Position numbers and translations under genes: made by a program
NCBI GenBank assembly: GCA_902526175.1
Contig: CABZJY010000002.1
Span: 122,372-186,371 of the forward strand
DNA length: 64,000 nucleotides
Source of the DNA: an uncultured Alphaproteobacteria bacterium
Lineage (GTDB): Bacteria > Pseudomonadota > Alphaproteobacteria > Methylaequorales > Methylaequoraceae
Reading direction: 5' to 3'
Part shown: positions 12,293-23,600 of the stretch, in pieces
Layout of the letters: each line of letters starts with the position of its first letter
Numbering within the stretch: the first letter of the stretch is position 1
The notes under the pieces: model-generated
Told to the model about the DNA's origin: nothing
The model's database searches: none
The model's input: only the letters and a program-made list of their open reading frames with translations

Positions 12293-13720
12293 TTGATTAT
12301 TTTACCAGAAATATTTTTATCACTATCGGTTTTAGCCTTGCTTCTGGTTGGACCATTCATAAGAAAAAAGGGCTATGTAATAATAGGATATTTAGTGCTT
12401 TTGGTCTTAATTATTTCACAGTTTTTTATATTTAAAAATATTTTTCAATTTGAACCGATATTCAATGGATTCTTTGTTATCGATTCTTTTGGCTCATTTA
12501 TGAAATGCCTCTTGCTGATTGGTACTACGGTGGTAATTTATATGTACCTTACTGTAAATAAAGACAATTCTATAAATCAAATAGAATTCCCAATCCTCAT
12601 ATTGATTTCACTGATCGGTATGATGTTCATGGTCTCATCAAATGATATTCTCTCACTATTTTTATCAATTGAACTTCAAAGTTTAGCATTATATGTACTA
12701 GTAGCATTCTCAAAAGAGGAAGAAAATTCTTCAGAAGCTGGGGTGAAATATTTTGTTATAGGAAGTATTTCAACTTGTATTTTTTTATTTGGCGCAAGCT
12801 TAATATATGGTTTTTTTGGTACAACAAATTTCACTGAAATTTCTGAAGCACTTGGTCAAACAAGGGAGATTTCGCTTTTCTTAATTATAGGAGTTGTTTT
12901 TGTGTTGGTTTCTCTATCATTAAAAGTATCTGCAGCCCCGTTTCATATGTGGACTCCTGATGTCTACCAAGGTTCTCCTACAATTATTACAGCTTTCCTC
13001 TCAGTTGTCCCGAAAGTAGCTGTGTTTGCAGTGATTATTCGTTTTTTAGTTTTTCCTTTTGGAGAAATAAATGTTGATTGGGGGAGAATTATTATAATTC
13101 TTTCAATATCGTCCATGGTTGTAGGTTCTTTTGGAGCTTTATTCCAAAAAGATTTAAAAAGATTATTTGCTTACAGTACAATTAACCACGTGGGATTTAT
13201 GTTAATTGGCTTAGTTCCAGGTTCAGAAGATGGTATTATAGCTATATCAATTTATTTAATCTTATATTTAATTATGAATACAGGTGTATTCTTAGTTATT
13301 TTAAATTTAAGAATTGATGAAAGAAACGTTACATCAATTAAAGATCTATCAGGATATTCTAACAGTAACTTTTTTATGGCTGTTTGTATGGCAATTTTTG
13401 TGTTTTCGATGGCTGGTATTCCACCTTTATCAGGTTTTCTTGGTAAATTAATTATATTAAATGTAGCAATAGATAATAATTTATTCTACCTGGCCATTAT
13501 AGGCGTTGTATCTTCAGTTATTGCAGCATTTTATTATTTAAGAATTGTTAAGTTAATGTTTTTTGACAAAACTAATGATGAACTTGATAAAGATGTTAAC
13601 ATAGAATCAAAAGTTTTATTATCAGTCTTATCATTTTTAAACATTTCAATATTGTTTTTTCCTGAATTCTTCTTAGATCTTTCAGCTTCTATCACATTTT
13701 CATTATTTGCAGTAAACTGA
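12293..13720 (+). CDS. nuoN: NADH-quinone oxidoreductase subunit N
   Basis: 475-aa membrane protein with PFHMWTPDVYQGSPT (NuoN/ND2). Apparent TTG start at 12293 with AGGAG at 12283-12287. Confidence 0.88.
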   Translation: MIILPEIFLSLSVLALLLVGPFIRKKGYVIIGYLVLLVLIISQFFIFKNIFQFEPIFNGFFVIDSFGSFMKCLLLIGTTVVIYMYLTVNKDNSINQIEFPILILISLIGMMFMVSSNDILSLFLSIELQSLALYVLVAFSKEEENSSEAGVKYFVIGSISTCIFLFGASLIYGFFGTTNFTEISEALGQTREISLFLIIGVVFVLVSLSLKVSAAPFHMWTPDVYQGSPTIITAFLSVVPKVAVFAVIIRFLVFPFGEINVDWGRIIIILSISSMVVGSFGALFQKDLKRLFAYSTINHVGFMLIGLVPGSEDGIIAISIYLILYLIMNTGVFLVILNLRIDERNVTSIKDLSGYSNSNFFMAVCMAIFVFSMAGIPPLSGFLGKLIILNVAIDNNLFYLAIIGVVSSVIAAFYYLRIVKLMFFDKTNDELDKDVNIESKVLLSVLSFLNISILFFPEFFLDLSASITFSLFAVN

Positions 13721-13721
13721 A

Positions 13722-14429
13722 ATGACTAAAATTAGAAATTTTTTTTTGGAACAAACCAAGAGTACTAACTCAAAAATAAAGGAAATTTTTGAAAATGAAG
13801 AACTTAATGAATCAATTGGTTTACTCACAAAAATTCAATCAGAGGGAAGAGGACGAGGTGTAAATAAGTGGAAAAGTTCTGAAGGAGATTTGATGTGTTC
13901 ATTATTAATTTACCAAAATTTTAACGTTGCAGACTTTAGTAAGCTTAATATCATCATCAGTGTATTTATAATTAATACCTTGAGACTTGTATTTAATAAT
14001 TTAGAATTTAAAATTAAGTGGCCTAATGATATTTTTATTGATGAAAAAAAAATAGGGGGAATTTTAATAGAAAATTCGATAAAAAAAAATTTAATTGAAT
14101 ATATTATTATTGGTTTAGGACTTAATATCGTTAGTAACCCAAAAAATTTGGACTATTCCACAACAAAAATAAGTAATTTAACTGAAATTATTAAACCAAT
14201 AAAAATATACGCTGCCTTAACTGATTACTTTGAAAAAAACTCTCTTAAGGATGCAATATCAAATTTTGATTATTTTAAAAAGGAATGGTTAAAATTTTAT
14301 AAAGATATTGGAAAAATTAGAAAATTTAATTCCAAAAATAAGTCAATTTTAGGTAAGCTACATTCAATTTCTAGTGATGGAAAAATAAAAATTATCACTC
14401 AATGTGATACTGAAATTCTTAACTTTTAA
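13722..14429 (+). CDS. birA: Biotin--[acetyl-CoA-carboxylase] ligase (no N-terminal HTH domain)
   Basis: BPL catalytic core (GRGRG...KWPNDIFIDEKKIGGILIE). A 235-aa length implies a group-I ligase without a repressor domain. nuoN-birA-coaX is the conserved alphaproteobacterial order. Confidence 0.8.
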   Translation: MTKIRNFFLEQTKSTNSKIKEIFENEELNESIGLLTKIQSEGRGRGVNKWKSSEGDLMCSLLIYQNFNVADFSKLNIIISVFIINTLRLVFNNLEFKIKWPNDIFIDEKKIGGILIENSIKKNLIEYIIIGLGLNIVSNPKNLDYSTTKISNLTEIIKPIKIYAALTDYFEKNSLKDAISNFDYFKKEWLKFYKDIGKIRKFNSKNKSILGKLHSISSDGKIKIITQCDTEILNF

Positions 14430-14433
14430 TTAA

Positions 14434-15183
14434 ATGGTATTGTTAATTGATATAGGTAATAGTTTTATTAGTACTGCATGCTTGTTTAAAAATCGGTACA
14501 TAAGAACTTCGATTCCAAATTGTAAGAATTATATTAATAAAGATAAATTAAAAGAGTTAGTAAATTTTTATAAAAAAAAAAAAATAAAATTTAGTTTAGT
14601 TGTTATATGCAGTGTTGTGCCGTCGATAGATGAATTTATTATACAATTTTTTTGTAAGTTAAAAATTCAGGTATTGTACGTGAATAAACTTATAAATAAA
14701 TTAAGTATCGAAACCGATATAGTTGAAAAAAAAAAAATAGGTTCTGATAGACTAGTAAATGTCTTTTACACTATAAATAAATTATCAACCCCTGCTTTAA
14801 TAATTGATTTAGGTACAGCAACGACCTTTGATTATATTAATGAAAAAAATATTTATGAAGGTGGAATAATATTACCTGGTATAGATATATCAATGAATGC
14901 TTTAAGTACTTTTACAGAAAAATTACCAAAAGTTAAATTTAAAAAAACTAATGAATTAATCTCCAATAATACTAAAGGTGCGATTTCGTCTGGATTTTAT
15001 TGGGGCTATTACTGTATGATTGAAGGATTAGTAAATAAAATTAGAAAACAAAAACAATTAAAGATCAAGACTATTTTAACTGGCGGACACTCAAACTTGT
15101 TTTCTAAAAATAAGTTTATTGATTTAATTGATAGAGATTTAACTATGAAAGGACTATATCTTATTCATGACAAATTTGGATAA
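14434..15183 (+). CDS. coaX: Type III pantothenate kinase
   Basis: Sequence MVLLIDIGNS...IIDLGTATTFD...ILTGG, the ASKHA-fold CoaX motifs. Confidence 0.8.
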   Translation: MVLLIDIGNSFISTACLFKNRYIRTSIPNCKNYINKDKLKELVNFYKKKKIKFSLVVICSVVPSIDEFIIQFFCKLKIQVLYVNKLINKLSIETDIVEKKKIGSDRLVNVFYTINKLSTPALIIDLGTATTFDYINEKNIYEGGIILPGIDISMNALSTFTEKLPKVKFKKTNELISNNTKGAISSGFYWGYYCMIEGLVNKIRKQKQLKIKTILTGGHSNLFSKNKFIDLIDRDLTMKGLYLIHDKFG

Positions 15184-16861
15184 AATACACAAAATATCGT
15201 TGGATTTACCTAGAAACGAATTGTTATTCTTGCCTTTAGGTGGATCTGGTGAAATAGGAATGAATTGTAATTTGTATCATTATGATGGTAAATGGTTATT
15301 GATTGACCTTGGAGTAACTTTTAATGATAATAATTATCCTAATGCTGAGCTTATACTTCCTGATATAGATTTTATAGTTCATAGGAATATTGATCTTTCA
15401 GGTATAGTGTTAACTCACGCTCATGAAGACCACATAGGTGCAGTCCCTTACCTATATGATAAACTTAAAAACACAAAGATATATACAACCTCGTTTACTG
15501 CATCAGTATTGAAAAGAAAGTTTTTGTCTTTAAAAAAATCTCCTCCAAATTTTAAGCTACTTGAATACAATAAAAACTTTGCTGTAGGACCATTTAATTT
15601 AGAGATTTTAGCACTAACACATTCAATACCTGAACCAAATGGAGTAATTATAAAAACCCCAAAAGGTAATATTTTTCATACCGGTGATTGGAAGATTGAT
15701 CCCAGCCCTCTTGTTGGTAAGCCAATTAACTCAAATACATTTGAAAAGGTTAGGAAATCCGGGATCCTTGGTATGGTTTGTGATTCCACAAATGTTTTTA
15801 ATCTAACACCATCAGGTTCTGAAAATGATGTAAGGGAAAATTTAGATAAAGTTTTTTTAAAACAAAAAAATGGTAAAATAATAATTACATGTTTTGCGTC
15901 CAACATTGCAAGGTTAGAAACAATTGCTTTGATTGCAAAAAAACATAATAGAAGCTGTGTCTTTCTTGGTAGATCTCTAAAGAGAATTTATGACTCTGCT
16001 GTAGAAAATAATTATTTAAAAAATGTACCAAAATTTTTAAATGAAGATGAGGGAAGACATCTACCGTCTGAAAACACAGTTTTAATCTGCACTGGAAGTC
16101 AAGGTGAGTCTAGAGCAGCCCTTTATAAATTAGTTAATGACATTAATCCAAAATTTAAAGTTTATAAAGAAGATTTAGTTATTTTCTCTTCTAGAGAAAT
16201 ACCAGGAAATGAAAAACAGATAAATAGAATAAAAAGTCGCATTAGTAAAATTGGATCCAAATTAATAGATCATAATAATAATAATAATAATAAAGTTCAT
16301 GTATCCGGACATCCTTCAAAAAAGGAATTAAAGCAAATGTATGATTGGATAAAACCTAATTTTTTAATTCCGGTACATGGTGAGTATCTACATTTAAAAG
16401 AACATGTACATTTTGCAAAGCTTTCTGGTATTCAAAGCACTCTCTTGGTAGAAAATGGGGACATTATAAAATTTGTAAAAGACAAACCTCAGAAAATTGG
16501 TTTTATTGACGTTAAGAAAAAACTTTTAATTGGTAATAGAATAATGCATGTAAATGATAAAATTATTCAAAACATGAAAAAAGTAAGTTTCAATGGTGTA
16601 TTGAATCTTGTTTTAGTAATCAATAAGAATGATGAGTTAATATCAAAACCTATAATCTTTAGTGATGTAATTTTCAGTGATGATAATTTACAACAAAAAC
16701 AAAAATTTGAAAAAAAAACAGAAGAATTAATTAATTTTTCCTTAAATGAAACAATAAATGATGTTATTTTAGAGGATTATTTAAAAAGTAAGATTAGAAA
16801 TATGGTTTTAAAAGAATTTGGACTAAAACCATTAACAGATGTGAAAGTAGTTAGATTATAA
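15167..16861 (+). CDS. rnj: Ribonuclease J (metallo-beta-lactamase/beta-CASP)
   Basis: Sequence LPLGGSGEIGMNC, HAHEDHIGAVPY (HxHxDH), beta-CASP region including HVSGH; 564 aa. Carries an in-frame N6 tract. Confidence 0.85.
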   Translation: MTNLDKIHKISLDLPRNELLFLPLGGSGEIGMNCNLYHYDGKWLLIDLGVTFNDNNYPNAELILPDIDFIVHRNIDLSGIVLTHAHEDHIGAVPYLYDKLKNTKIYTTSFTASVLKRKFLSLKKSPPNFKLLEYNKNFAVGPFNLEILALTHSIPEPNGVIIKTPKGNIFHTGDWKIDPSPLVGKPINSNTFEKVRKSGILGMVCDSTNVFNLTPSGSENDVRENLDKVFLKQKNGKIIITCFASNIARLETIALIAKKHNRSCVFLGRSLKRIYDSAVENNYLKNVPKFLNEDEGRHLPSENTVLICTGSQGESRAALYKLVNDINPKFKVYKEDLVIFSSREIPGNEKQINRIKSRISKIGSKLIDHNNNNNNKVHVSGHPSKKELKQMYDWIKPNFLIPVHGEYLHLKEHVHFAKLSGIQSTLLVENGDIIKFVKDKPQKIGFIDVKKKLLIGNRIMHVNDKIIQNMKKVSFNGVLNLVLVINKNDELISKPIIFSDVIFSDDNLQQKQKFEKKTEELINFSLNETINDVILEDYLKSKIRNMVLKEFGLKPLTDVKVVRL

Positions 16862-16862
16862 A

Positions 16863-17267
16863 ATGCTTAAAAAGTTTAATCATGTCGCGATAGCAGTAAA
16901 TGATCTAGAAAAAGCTGCAAGTATATATAAAAATGCACTTAATGCAAAAGTTTCAAATATTAAGGACTATAAAGAACATGGCGTAAGCGTTGTTTTTGTT
17001 GAATTAGAAAATTGTAAAATAGAATTAATGAAACCTCTAGGAAATTCCTCGCCAATAAGTAAATTTTTAGAGAAAAATAAAGATGGTGGAATTCATCATA
17101 TCTGTATTGAAGTTTCTGATATAATCAAAACTAGAGACACACTTTTGACTAAAGGTTTTAAAATACTTGGAGATGGTAACCCAAAAATAGGTGCCCATAA
17201 TAAACCTGTTCTTTTTTTACATCCAAAAGAATTTAATGGAACTTTAATTGAACTAGAACAGGAGTAG
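16863..17267 (+). CDS. mce: VOC/glyoxalase-family protein, probably methylmalonyl-CoA epimerase
   Basis: 134 aa with HVAIAVNDLEKA...GGIHHICIEV, the VOC fold. Its position after rnj matches mce in other alphaproteobacteria. Confidence 0.65.
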   Translation: MLKKFNHVAIAVNDLEKAASIYKNALNAKVSNIKDYKEHGVSVVFVELENCKIELMKPLGNSSPISKFLEKNKDGGIHHICIEVSDIIKTRDTLLTKGFKILGDGNPKIGAHNKPVLFLHPKEFNGTLIELEQE

Positions 17268-17270
17268 GAC

Positions 17271-17498
17271 TTGACAATTTTTAATTCGCTTGTCCTATAT
17301 TTTATAATTTGGTGGTTATCTATTTTCCTATTTTTGCCGATTGAAATAACTAAGCAGAGGAAACTAAAAAAAGGGAACGATCCAGGAGCTCCTGAAGATC
17401 CTAAATTAAAAAAAAAAATTATTTATACAACTTTATTTGCTCTATTAGTTTGGACTATTATTTTTATAACAATAAAAATTCTTAATTATGAAAATTAG
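17271..17498 (+). CDS. DUF1467-family small membrane protein
   Basis: 75 aa, two predicted TM helices flanking KQRKLKKGNDPGAPEDPKLKKK. Likely TTG start. This is the conserved alphaproteobacterial small ORF between mce and proS. Confidence 0.6.
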   Translation: MTIFNSLVLYFIIWWLSIFLFLPIEITKQRKLKKGNDPGAPEDPKLKKKIIYTTLFALLVWTIIFITIKILNYEN

Positions 17499-18783
17499 TT
17501 CTTTTTGTTTACCTACTTTTAAAGAAGTTCCGTCTGATGTGAAACTAAAATCTCATGAATTAATGGTTAGATCAGGAATGATCAGGATGGAAACCTCTGG
17601 TATTTACACTTGGTTACCTTTAGGTCTTAGAGTATTAAATAAAATTAATAATATCATTATAAAAGAACACCAGAAACTTAATATAAATCACATACTTATG
17701 CCTACAATTCAAAGTGCTGAAATTTGGAAGAAAAGTGATCGATATAATAGTTATGGTGCAGAAATGCTAAAAATTAAGGATAGACACGCAAAAGATCTTA
17801 TATACGGGCCTACAAATGAAGAAATGATGACGGTAATTGGATCAAATGTTATTAGAAGTTACAAGAACTTTCCAATAAGTTTTTTTCACATTCAATCAAA
17901 ATTTAGAGATGAAATAAGACCAAGGTTTGGTGTTATGAGAGCAAGAGAGTTTATCATGAAAGATGCTTATAGTTTTGATTTGACTTTAGAAGATTTAAAA
18001 AAAAGTTATGAACTGTTTTATAATCTGTATTTAAATATTTTTAATAAATTAGGTCTTAAAATCATTCCTGTTAAAGCTCTAAGTGGAGAAATAGGCGGAG
18101 ATTTATCACACGAATTTCATGTAATTTGTGAATCAGGTGAATCAGAAATATATCTTGATGGTAATTCAGAAAATATTGATACTAAAAAAATTAATTACGA
18201 TTTTTTTGAAAAAAATTATTTTGTTTCAACTACAGATTATGCAGAAGAAAAAAAAATGAATACTACAAATTATACAAAATTATCAAGTATAGAGCTAGGC
18301 CACATTTTCGCATTTGGAGACAAATATACAAAAAAATTAAAATTTATAATTAATACACCTGATGGTAATATTAACCCATTAATGGGATCTTACGGTATTG
18401 GAATTTCAAGAATACCTGCAGCATCAATCGAAATCAACAATGATTCAAAAGGCATTATTTGGCCAAAAGAAATTTCTCCATTTGATTTGATAATAATAAA
18501 TTTAAAACCTAATGATGAAAATTGTTTTAAATTTTCAGATGAACTATATTCTAAACTTTTGTCAGAAAACTTTGATGTATTGTATGACGACAGAGATGAA
18601 AGAGTAGGGGTAAAGTTTAGCGATTCAGACCTAATTGGAATACCTTTTCAGATTATAATTGGATCAAATTATTTATCAGAAAACACGATTCAAATTAAAA
18701 ATAGAAAAAATGGTAAAGAACTTGAGATTGAAGCTGATAATGTTATTGAAAAAATAAATTCATTTATTGATGATGATAAATAG
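17488..18783 (+). CDS. proS: Proline--tRNA ligase (short alphaproteobacterial form)
   Basis: Class II aaRS motifs (FRDEIRPRFGVMRAREFIMKDAYSF; GSYGIGISR); 431 aa. Confidence 0.88.
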   Translation: MKISSFCLPTFKEVPSDVKLKSHELMVRSGMIRMETSGIYTWLPLGLRVLNKINNIIIKEHQKLNINHILMPTIQSAEIWKKSDRYNSYGAEMLKIKDRHAKDLIYGPTNEEMMTVIGSNVIRSYKNFPISFFHIQSKFRDEIRPRFGVMRAREFIMKDAYSFDLTLEDLKKSYELFYNLYLNIFNKLGLKIIPVKALSGEIGGDLSHEFHVICESGESEIYLDGNSENIDTKKINYDFFEKNYFVSTTDYAEEKKMNTTNYTKLSSIELGHIFAFGDKYTKKLKFIINTPDGNINPLMGSYGIGISRIPAASIEINNDSKGIIWPKEISPFDLIIINLKPNDENCFKFSDELYSKLLSENFDVLYDDRDERVGVKFSDSDLIGIPFQIIIGSNYLSENTIQIKNRKNGKELEIEADNVIEKINSFIDDDK

Positions 18784-20014
18784 TTTTGAATTTTTGTTAT
18801 CAAGAAGGTATTTATTCCCTAAAACCAGAGATAGTTTTTTTTCTGTAATTACAATATTTTCATTTTTAGGTATTGCACTCGGAGTAGCAACTCTAATTAT
18901 AGTTATGTCCGTTATGAATGGATTTAGAGAGGAGTTAACTTCGAAAGTCTTAGGGATGAATGGTCATCTTAAAGTTACTTCATATAATAATACTAAATTT
19001 TCAAACTATAAATCGATTATTGAATCAATAAAAAATAAAAATATTAAAGTAGATGCTACTATTGTAAGTCAGGGCATTATTTCGTTTAATAAAAATTCGA
19101 CCGGTATTTTAATCAAAGGCTTATCTAAAGAAAGTTTGCTAAACAGAAAAATTGTACCAGATAAAATTATTTTTTCTTACATGAAAAAATTTGAAAATAA
19201 TGAAGGTATCATTCTTGGATCAAAATTAGGTCGAAAATTAAATATTAATATCAATGATTACGTAAATATAGTCTCTTCAGAATCAGTAGATACACCTTTT
19301 GGAAAATTAATAAGAAGTGGTGACTTTAAGGTTTTAGGTTTCTTTGAAACTGGTATGTATGAGTATGATGTATCGATGATAATCTTTCCATTAAAGTTGT
19401 TACAGGACTTTTTGAATACAAATGATAGAGTAGATAATTTAGAAATATTCATTAATAATTTTGATAGATTAGATTATAATTATAAACTTATAAGAGAGAA
19501 GTTACCTAAGTATTTTAGAGTATATGACTGGAGAAAAATGAATCCCTCTCTTTTCAATGCCATTGAAATTGAGAGAAATGTAATGTTTTTAATCTTAACA
19601 TTGATAATAATTGTGGCTGCCTTTAATTTAGTATCATCAATGGTAATGCTGGTAAATAATAAAAAAAAGGATATTGGAATTCTTAGGTCTTTAGGTTTGT
19701 CTAGAAATGAAATATTAAGGATTTTTATTATGAGTGGTTTTATGATTGGAATGATTGGAACTATTCTAGGCTTCATTTTAGGAATTTTATTTTGTCATAA
19801 TATAAATGAAATAAAAGCCTTATTAGAGTTGTTTACGGATTCATCTATTTTTGCAGAAGAAATTTATTTTTTCTCAAAACTACCAATGATTATAGATTAC
19901 AAAGAAGTAATATTTATAATTATTGTTACATTAATTCTTTGTTTTTGTGCAGCTTTATATCCTGCTTATAAAGCATCAAATATCGAACCAATAAATTTAA
20001 TCAAATGGGAATAA
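18767..20014 (+). CDS. lolC: Lipoprotein-releasing system permease LolC/E
   Basis: FtsX/MacB-type permease with four TM helices and a large periplasmic loop, directly upstream of lolD. Confidence 0.8.
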   Translation: MMMINSFEFLLSRRYLFPKTRDSFFSVITIFSFLGIALGVATLIIVMSVMNGFREELTSKVLGMNGHLKVTSYNNTKFSNYKSIIESIKNKNIKVDATIVSQGIISFNKNSTGILIKGLSKESLLNRKIVPDKIIFSYMKKFENNEGIILGSKLGRKLNININDYVNIVSSESVDTPFGKLIRSGDFKVLGFFETGMYEYDVSMIIFPLKLLQDFLNTNDRVDNLEIFINNFDRLDYNYKLIREKLPKYFRVYDWRKMNPSLFNAIEIERNVMFLILTLIIIVAAFNLVSSMVMLVNNKKKDIGILRSLGLSRNEILRIFIMSGFMIGMIGTILGFILGILFCHNINEIKALLELFTDSSIFAEEIYFFSKLPMIIDYKEVIFIIIVTLILCFCAALYPAYKASNIEPINLIKWE

Positions 20015-20686
20015 GTGCTTAACTTAATAAAAATATCTCATAATTATTTTCAAGGTGGAAACACGGTTGATGTAATTAAAGATTTAGATTTATCACTAAA
20101 AAGAAATTGTATTGTAGGATTATTTGGTCCTTCAGGGTCAGGCAAATCTACATTATTAAATTTAATTGGACTTATTGAGAAACCATCAAATGGAAATATT
20201 TTTATCGATAATTGTGATACAATAAAATTTAAAGATGAAATGAAAACTAAATTAAGAAGAGAAAAAATCTCTTTTATTTTTCAGAATAATCAATTACTAG
20301 AAGATTTCACGTGTTTAGAAAATATTGCACTACCTCTTTTGCTTAATGGTGCTACATTTTCTGATTCAAAACAAAAAGCATTAAATTTACTGTCAAAATT
20401 TAATCTAGAGAATAAAAAAAATTATAAACCAGCATTATTATCTGGTGGTGAGCAACAGAGAATTTCTGTGCTTAGAGCTTTAATAAAACAACCTAAAATT
20501 ATTTTAGCTGATGAGCCTACAGGAAGTTTAGATAAAATAAATGCAAAAATTGTAATGGAAAATATAATAAATTTATCAAGACAACTAGAGACATTGACAA
20601 TAGTTGCAACACATAATCTTAATTTTTTATCTTTGTTTGATATTTCTTATGAATTACAGAACGGAAAGTTACTTGAGTTAAAATGA
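20015..20686 (+). CDS. lolD: Lipoprotein-releasing system ATP-binding protein LolD
   Basis: ABC ATPase: Walker A GPSGSGKST, signature LSGGEQQRISV, Walker B ILADEPTG. GTG start. Confidence 0.85.
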   Translation: MLNLIKISHNYFQGGNTVDVIKDLDLSLKRNCIVGLFGPSGSGKSTLLNLIGLIEKPSNGNIFIDNCDTIKFKDEMKTKLRREKISFIFQNNQLLEDFTCLENIALPLLLNGATFSDSKQKALNLLSKFNLENKKNYKPALLSGGEQQRISVLRALIKQPKIILADEPTGSLDKINAKIVMENIINLSRQLETLTIVATHNLNFLSLFDISYELQNGKLLELK

Positions 20687-23600
20687 ATAATCAATTTATT
20701 CATATTAGGAACTACACACAATATTCATTGTCTATAGGTGCTTTACGCATATCAGACTTAATTAATTATTGTATTGAATTTCAATCACCAGCAATTGGAA
20801 TCTCGGACTTTAATAATTTATTTGGATCAATGGAATTTTCACTTGAATGCAAAAAAAACGGTATACAACCAATTCTTGCCTGTAATGTAAGTATTAATGA
20901 CTGTAATTATATAGAGTCGGAACTTATTTTAATTGCTAAAAATGAAACAGGATTTCAGAACCTTTCTAAGTTAGTTTCGAGTTCATACTTAAAAAAAAAA
21001 AAAGTTTCTCTTTCTCTAGAGGATTTAAGGTTTTTTGCAAATGGTCTAATTTGTCTAACTGGCGGAATGAACGGATTAGTAAAAAAACAATTTGAAAACC
21101 ATGATATAAATAAAACTTCATGTCTATTAGGTGATCTCGAAAAGATCTTTGATGAGAACCTTTATCTAGAAATTCAAAGAGAGGAGCCAAATATAGATTC
21201 TTCATTTAACGAATTTATAATAAATTATTCATTAACAAAAAATATTCCATTAGTTGCAACCAATGAAAATTACTTCTTAAAAAAAAGTTATCACGAAACA
21301 CATGACGCTTTAATCTGTATATCTCAGCAAAAATATATAGATTCAGACGATAGAAAAATCGTTGGAATAAATTCATATTTAAAAACACCAAATGAGATGA
21401 ATTTACTTTTCAAAAACTTACCTGAGGCAATATCAAATACTATAAATTTGGCAAAATGTTGTTCTTTTATAATTGAAGAAAAAAAATCTACTTTACCTAA
21501 AATCTATAATACAAAAGATGAAGATTCTATTTTAAAAGAAAAGTCAGAATTAGGATTGCAAATGAAATTAAGAGAGCTAAATGACAATGAAAAAAAATCT
21601 TATCAAGATAGATTGAAATTTGAGTTAGATATAATTACTAAAATGGGTTATTCAGGTTATTTTTTAATTGTTGCTGATTTTATACAGTGGGCAAAAAAAA
21701 ATAAAATCCCAGTTGGACCTGGAAGAGGTTCAGGAGCAGGGTCTCTAGTTGCTTGGTGTCTTACAATTACAAATTTAGATCCCATAAGATTTGGATTAAT
21801 TTTTGAAAGATTTTTGAATCCAGAAAGAATCTCCATGCCTGACTTTGATATTGATTTTTGCATGGAGAAAAGAGATGAGGTTATAAAATACGTACAAAAA
21901 AAATACGATAAATCAAGAGTTGCACAAATTATTACTTTTGGTTCTTTTCAGGCTAGAGCAGCCTTGAGGGATGTTGGTAGAGTTATGCAGATGCCTTACT
22001 CTCAGGTTGACTCAATTTGTAAGTTAGTTCCATATAATCCAGCTAAACCAGTTAGTCTGAAAGAAAGTGTTGATAATGATGAAAAATTAAAACAACTTAT
22101 TAAATCTGATGAGATTATAAATAAATTATTTAAAATTTCTATGAACCTCGAAGGTCTGCTTCGCCACGCATCAACTCATGCTGCAGGTGTTGTAATCTCT
22201 GATAAAAAATTGATAGATCTTTTACCTTTGTATAGAGACCCAAAATCTGATTTACCTGTAACTCAATTCACAATGAAATATGTTGAAAAAGCAGGTTTAG
22301 TAAAGTTTGATTTCTTGGGTCTCAAAACCTTAACCGTAATTGAAAAAACATGTTCAATCCTGAGAAAAAAATCAATTTTTATTGATATAGATAATATTGA
22401 TCTTAATGATCAAAAAACGTTTAAAATGTTACAACAAGGAAAAACTATCGGTGTTTTTCAGTTTGATGGAAAAGGGATGAGAGAAACAATTTGTCAAATT
22501 AAGCCCACAAGGTTTGAAGATTTGATTGCAATAGTTTCACTATATAGACCAGGTCCAATGGATAATATACCTACTTTTATAAAGCGAAAAAATATTGGAG
22601 AAAAATTCGACTATTTACATCCTGATCTAAAAGATATTTTAGATGAAACTTATGGTATAATGGTTTATCAGGAACAAGTAATGCAAATTGCTCAAAAACT
22701 TGCTGGATTTAGTTTGGCCAAGGCAGATTTATTAAGAAGAGCTATGGGAAAAAAAATTAAATCTGAGATGAAAGCTCAAAAAGAGAACTTTATTGGAGGG
22801 TGTAAAAAAAATCTTATTAAAGAAAATATTGCTGAAAACTTATATAATGAAATTGAAAAATTTGCGGGATATGGTTTTAATAAAAGTCATGCCGCAGCAT
22901 ATGCACTTATTGCATTTCAAACTGCTTTTTTAAAATCCCATTATCCTCTAGAGTTTTTTTGTGCATCAATGCAATGCGATAATGGGAACATTGATAAAAT
23001 TAGTATTTTTTGTAAAGAAATAAGATCACTTGGTTATAAAATATTTAATCCTGACATAAACTATTCATATGATACTTTTGATGTTAGTTATAATGAAAGT
23101 GGTTGTGCAATAGGAATAAATTATTCATTATCAGCCATAAAAAATATTGGTGAAAATTCAATAAAAAAGCTAGTTCTTGAAAGAGAAAAAAATGGTAAAT
23201 TTAAGTCGATCATAGATTTGTTAAAAAGACTTGATAATTCAATACTAAATAAAAGACAATTAGAAAGTCTGATTTATTCTGGCTCATTGAATTCTATTGA
23301 ATCAAACGGATTTTTTCTTGAAAAAAATATTACCAAATTACTAAAATTTAATTCATCATTTCATGAAAATAAAAATTTATTTCAGCAAAACCTTTTTTCA
23401 AATGAAGCATATGACTTTGTCAAACCTAATGAAAATGAGAATGATTGGGATATTTTTACAAGGCTAAAAAAAGAACATGACTCTATTGGTTTTTATTTAT
23501 CAAATCATCCTCTAGAATATTGTAAGGAAATTATTGATAGTAATAACTTTGACAAATTAGACCACATTGAAGGAAAAAAAAGTAAAGAAAAATATTCTAA

